From Eledone cirrhosa (lineage: Eukaryota): a DNA stretch of 64,000 nt. The notes below the pieces were generated by a model. That model saw nothing but the letters and a program-made list of their open reading frames with translations, had not been told where the DNA came from and did no database searches. Location: contig OZ024745.1 of the NCBI GenBank assembly GCA_964016885.1, positions 9,052,001-9,116,000 on the forward strand, written 5' to 3'. Positions 59,414 through 64,000 of this stretch are shown here, piece by piece; positions within the stretch are counted from its first letter, which is position 1; each line of letters opens with the position of its first letter. Position numbers and translations under genes: made by a program.

Positions 59414-59952
59414 TCAATACATAAACAGAGAAAGCCTTAAGCGATACTCCGACCAATTCCATCTCACTCAACAAACATTAGGATATACTTAAGTATTATC
59501 CCAATTTAGTGTTTGGGGTGCTAACTAATCAGTATTTCGTAGAAAATTGGTTGTATTATTTTATATGAGACATTATTAAATAAATATCTCTTTCCTTCCA
59601 GACGGCCGTTTCGTTATAAGATTTTTACAAATTGGGATAAATAATTTCCAGTTTATGTAGAAACTTGTATATAATCTGTAGTTTTATACACAAGCGGGCT
59701 CTTATAAACTCATCAGTGGATGTCCAAATTAATATCGATATAAGAATTATATCGACATCAATATAATGGTGATGGTCTCCCTCAGCGCTAAGAAGAGAGT
59801 GGTAGATTAAAATCCAGCAGTTCTCCCAAATAAAAATTACACGCTGTCCCCAAAAGGGTAAAGGGAGGTTATCATAAAATAAAACAATATACACGCTGGT
59901 CAATTAAACCTGTTAGGTATAAACCACGTGTATAAGAACTCAATTGGAAATT
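59414..59952 (-). mobile_element. ~540-bp non-coding HHR-bearing element, copy 2
   Basis: Diverged homologue of 58597-59130. Confidence 0.8.
59597..59720 (-). ncRNA. Type I hammerhead ribozyme, extended stem II
   Basis: Minus strand: TCCA-CTGATGA-GTTTATAAG...CTTATAAC-GAAAC-GGCC-GTC-TGGA; 97-nt stem II domain; canonical GUC site. Confidence 0.9.
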
Positions 59953-60031
59953 GAGTGTATATATATATACACACGTTTCGCTATTGATCTGATCAGTTGA
60001 AGGTACGATCTATATCAATCTAGCTATATAC

Positions 60032-61541
<1,510 letters not shown>

Positions 61542-61810
61542 AAGAGGGACATCCCCCAACTATATAAACCTTAATCTAGTTAGAAAAATATAAAAACAAT
61601 CTCTTCTCAACATATATTAATAACCTTAAATTACCACACTAATAATGGAAAGATATGCTGATGAGAATAGGTGCAAATATGCGATAATGAATGTGTCTAA
61701 AAACGTCCATAAGTATGTATATATATGTGAAAATGTATATAAATAAGTAAATATATATATATGTTTGATGTGTATAGTTAGATGTAAGTGTATTCATGTA
61801 TTAAAGTGCT

Positions 61811-61885
<75 letters not shown>

Positions 61886-62440
61886 ATATGTGTATATAGA
61901 TGTGTATGTATGTGTATGTGTGTACACATGGACTAGAGTATGTATGTATATATGTGTGTGTCTATACGTGTGTATATAAAGATAAGTTGAGTATGAAAAT
62001 GTATACACATGAGCGCGTATGTATGTACATGAATACATGTGTGTATATATATGTGTATGCATGTGTATATATATGTAAGTATGAATATGTGAATTGTGAG
62101 TATATGTATTTTGTAGAGGTGTGCAAATATATGTGTGTGAATGCGTGGGTGAAAGGATACTTACACTTGAAAGAAAAAATTTAAGTCTGAATGTTAATTA
62201 AGTGCAAATACAAAACCAACCACGCATATCTTTACTATCTCTAATCCTTCTATAGATTTAGAAAAATAACCAATAATATATTCTATAAAAAATGTCAAAA
62301 CAACAGATGGGAATCTAATTACTCACTGCCACCAAGAATTCTCACTGCTATCGAAAAACCACTCCTTCAACTATTCTTCTAACAACTTCACCCCTCCCTC
62401 CTAATATTCTCTATAAAAACTAAATAGGTCCTCAGTAATA

Positions 62441-62560
62441 TTATTCTGATGAAATGACAGTAAATAATAACATTGAAATATTGAATGTCTGCATAACTAA
62501 AAGTTTGTAGATAGCAGCTGTTTTAGGTTATGTAACTGTTATAGAAACACGTGTCAATAA
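62441..62560 (+). ncRNA. Type I hammerhead ribozyme, extended stem II
   Basis: TTATT-CTGATGA-A ATGACAGT...ACTGTTAT A-GAAAC-ACGT-GTC-AATAA; 91-nt stem II domain; the 3' strand of stem I overlaps AATAAA. Confidence 0.88.
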
Positions 62561-62879
62561 ATTCCTTTCAACTAAACTGTATCCATTCAAATCTTTCTAT
62601 ATATATATATATATATATATATATCAACCTGTCGCAACTTCAGGTCGGCAGCGACTTAACGGGCAACTCCATCAAGTTTACTTAGTGAGGAGGGTGATTT
62701 CGGACACTCTGCAGGACAAAAAACAAAACCAGACGAAGGGTGGAAGAACTCATAAGAGTCAACGGCCATCCAGAATTGTGTTAATATGTACATACATATG
62801 TATATATGTATGTATATATGTATATACATGTATTCATATGTGCGTATATGCGCGGGGACATAGAAATAATTGAGCTGGA

Positions 62880-63201
62880 CACGCGATCGCCAAGTTAAAC
62901 CACTGGGAGTGAAGGACCCCTAGCCTTTGTCAGGGCATTCTTCTAGGAGAAGGCAACTCAGAAAACTGGGATAACTCCAACATAAAACCTGCCGCTCAGT
63001 AGTTGCCAATTATGTTGATCTTTTCTTCTATTCGGGTTATAGCTACTGTCGCTCAGAGAGTGGGATTGGCTCAGTGCACAGTCTTTCCTCACTTTAAAAA
63101 AATCTTCACGCGCAGGCATTGCACGATAGAATTAATTAAAAATTATAAATAATATCATATCGTGCAATGGCCATACTCGATAACGAGGGGGCAGCCATCA
63201 T
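62880..63201 (+). mobile_element. Unclassified dispersed repeat, copy 3
   Basis: Homology to 52541-52945 and 53240-53770. Confidence 0.68.
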
Positions 63202-63218
63202 ATATATATATATATATA

Positions 63219-64000
63219 TCCGATAGAACCGAGCCTCTAACCCCTTGCAACCTCACATTTAACCTTAAGGATCACAAAAATAATTTTGAAGCAAATCCTA
63301 CTATCAGAATAATATGCCCATCTAAGTCGGATATAGGTAAAATTAGCAAGAATATTCTAGATAGGGTAATCGCACAAATAAAGGGAAAACTAGAAATCAA
63401 TTTATGGGGTAACACTAACGAAGCGATTTAATGGTTCAGTAAAATAGGAAATAGAGAAGCATGTAACTTCATACAATTCGATATAAATTATTACTACGCA
63501 TACATATCCCCAGCCACCCTAGATAAAGTGCTTATATTTGCCCAAAATAACTCCGATCTTACCCCTGATGAAATTGAAATAATTCTAGCTGCTAGAAGGA
63601 CTATCATAAAATTTGAAAATAGCTACTGGGTAAGAAAAGATAGGATAAACAGCTTCGATATCACAATGGGATCGAACGATTCAGCGCAAATCACTGACGT
63701 CGTGGGGTTATTTATAGCACACAACCTACATAAAGAATTCAGTAACCTCCAAGGAGGGATTTATAGAGATGACACGTTCCTTATAGCTAGGAACTTAAAT
63801 AACCAGAGCATAGAAAGATTAAGAAAAAACATTAGAACATTCTTCAAAAAACTAGGCCTAAGTATTACCTACGAACTGAATCATAAAAAGGCAAACTTTC
63901 TAGATGTGACTCTAAATCTAAATACGGGATTAATAGAACCCTTCCACAAAAATAATGAAAATCTGGCCTACATTAGTTATAACTAAAACCACCCCCGATC
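63219..64000 (+). mobile_element. Penelope-like retroelement RT, Hydra-clade-like, disrupted, runs off the window
   Basis: LKDHKNNF, RIICPSKSDIGKISK, FIQFDI..YY, FDITMGS, GIYRDD and NFLDVTL; in-frame stops at 63429-63431 and 63984-63986. Confidence 0.92.

Overview
AT-rich animal genomic DNA. The SINE sequences and extreme (TA)n/(TG)n/(GA)n density suggest an octopus-like cephalopod, which is an inference. No host gene is confidently supported, and nearly all ORF-track entries are microsatellite artefacts. Bases 1-22.2 kb are a 31-bp satellite with a ~3.5-kb higher-order period, interrupted by copies of its own flank. The rest (22.2-64 kb) is a nest of mobile elements inserted into (TA)n tracts. 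It holds four Hydra-clade-like and one Nematis-like Penelope-like retroelements (PLEs), many short non-coding PLE terminal (pLTR) fragments, CR1, L1/Tx1 and RTE LINE fragments, tRNA-derived SINEs, two Tc1/mariner elements, MITEs, a second 31/33-bp satellite and a 29-bp G-rich minisatellite. The main result comes from reading the non-coding islands between microsatellites: about 15 type I hammerhead ribozyme (HHR) motifs. Seven complete ones have a 50-97-nt stem II domain together with a self-complementary stem III (a dimer-type design). Three carry a CCGANGA rather than CUGANGA core. At least five fold-back palindromes turn inside an HHR, suggesting that ribozyme structure dictates where PLE reverse transcription stalls and snaps back. 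All folds were paired by eye and none is tested.
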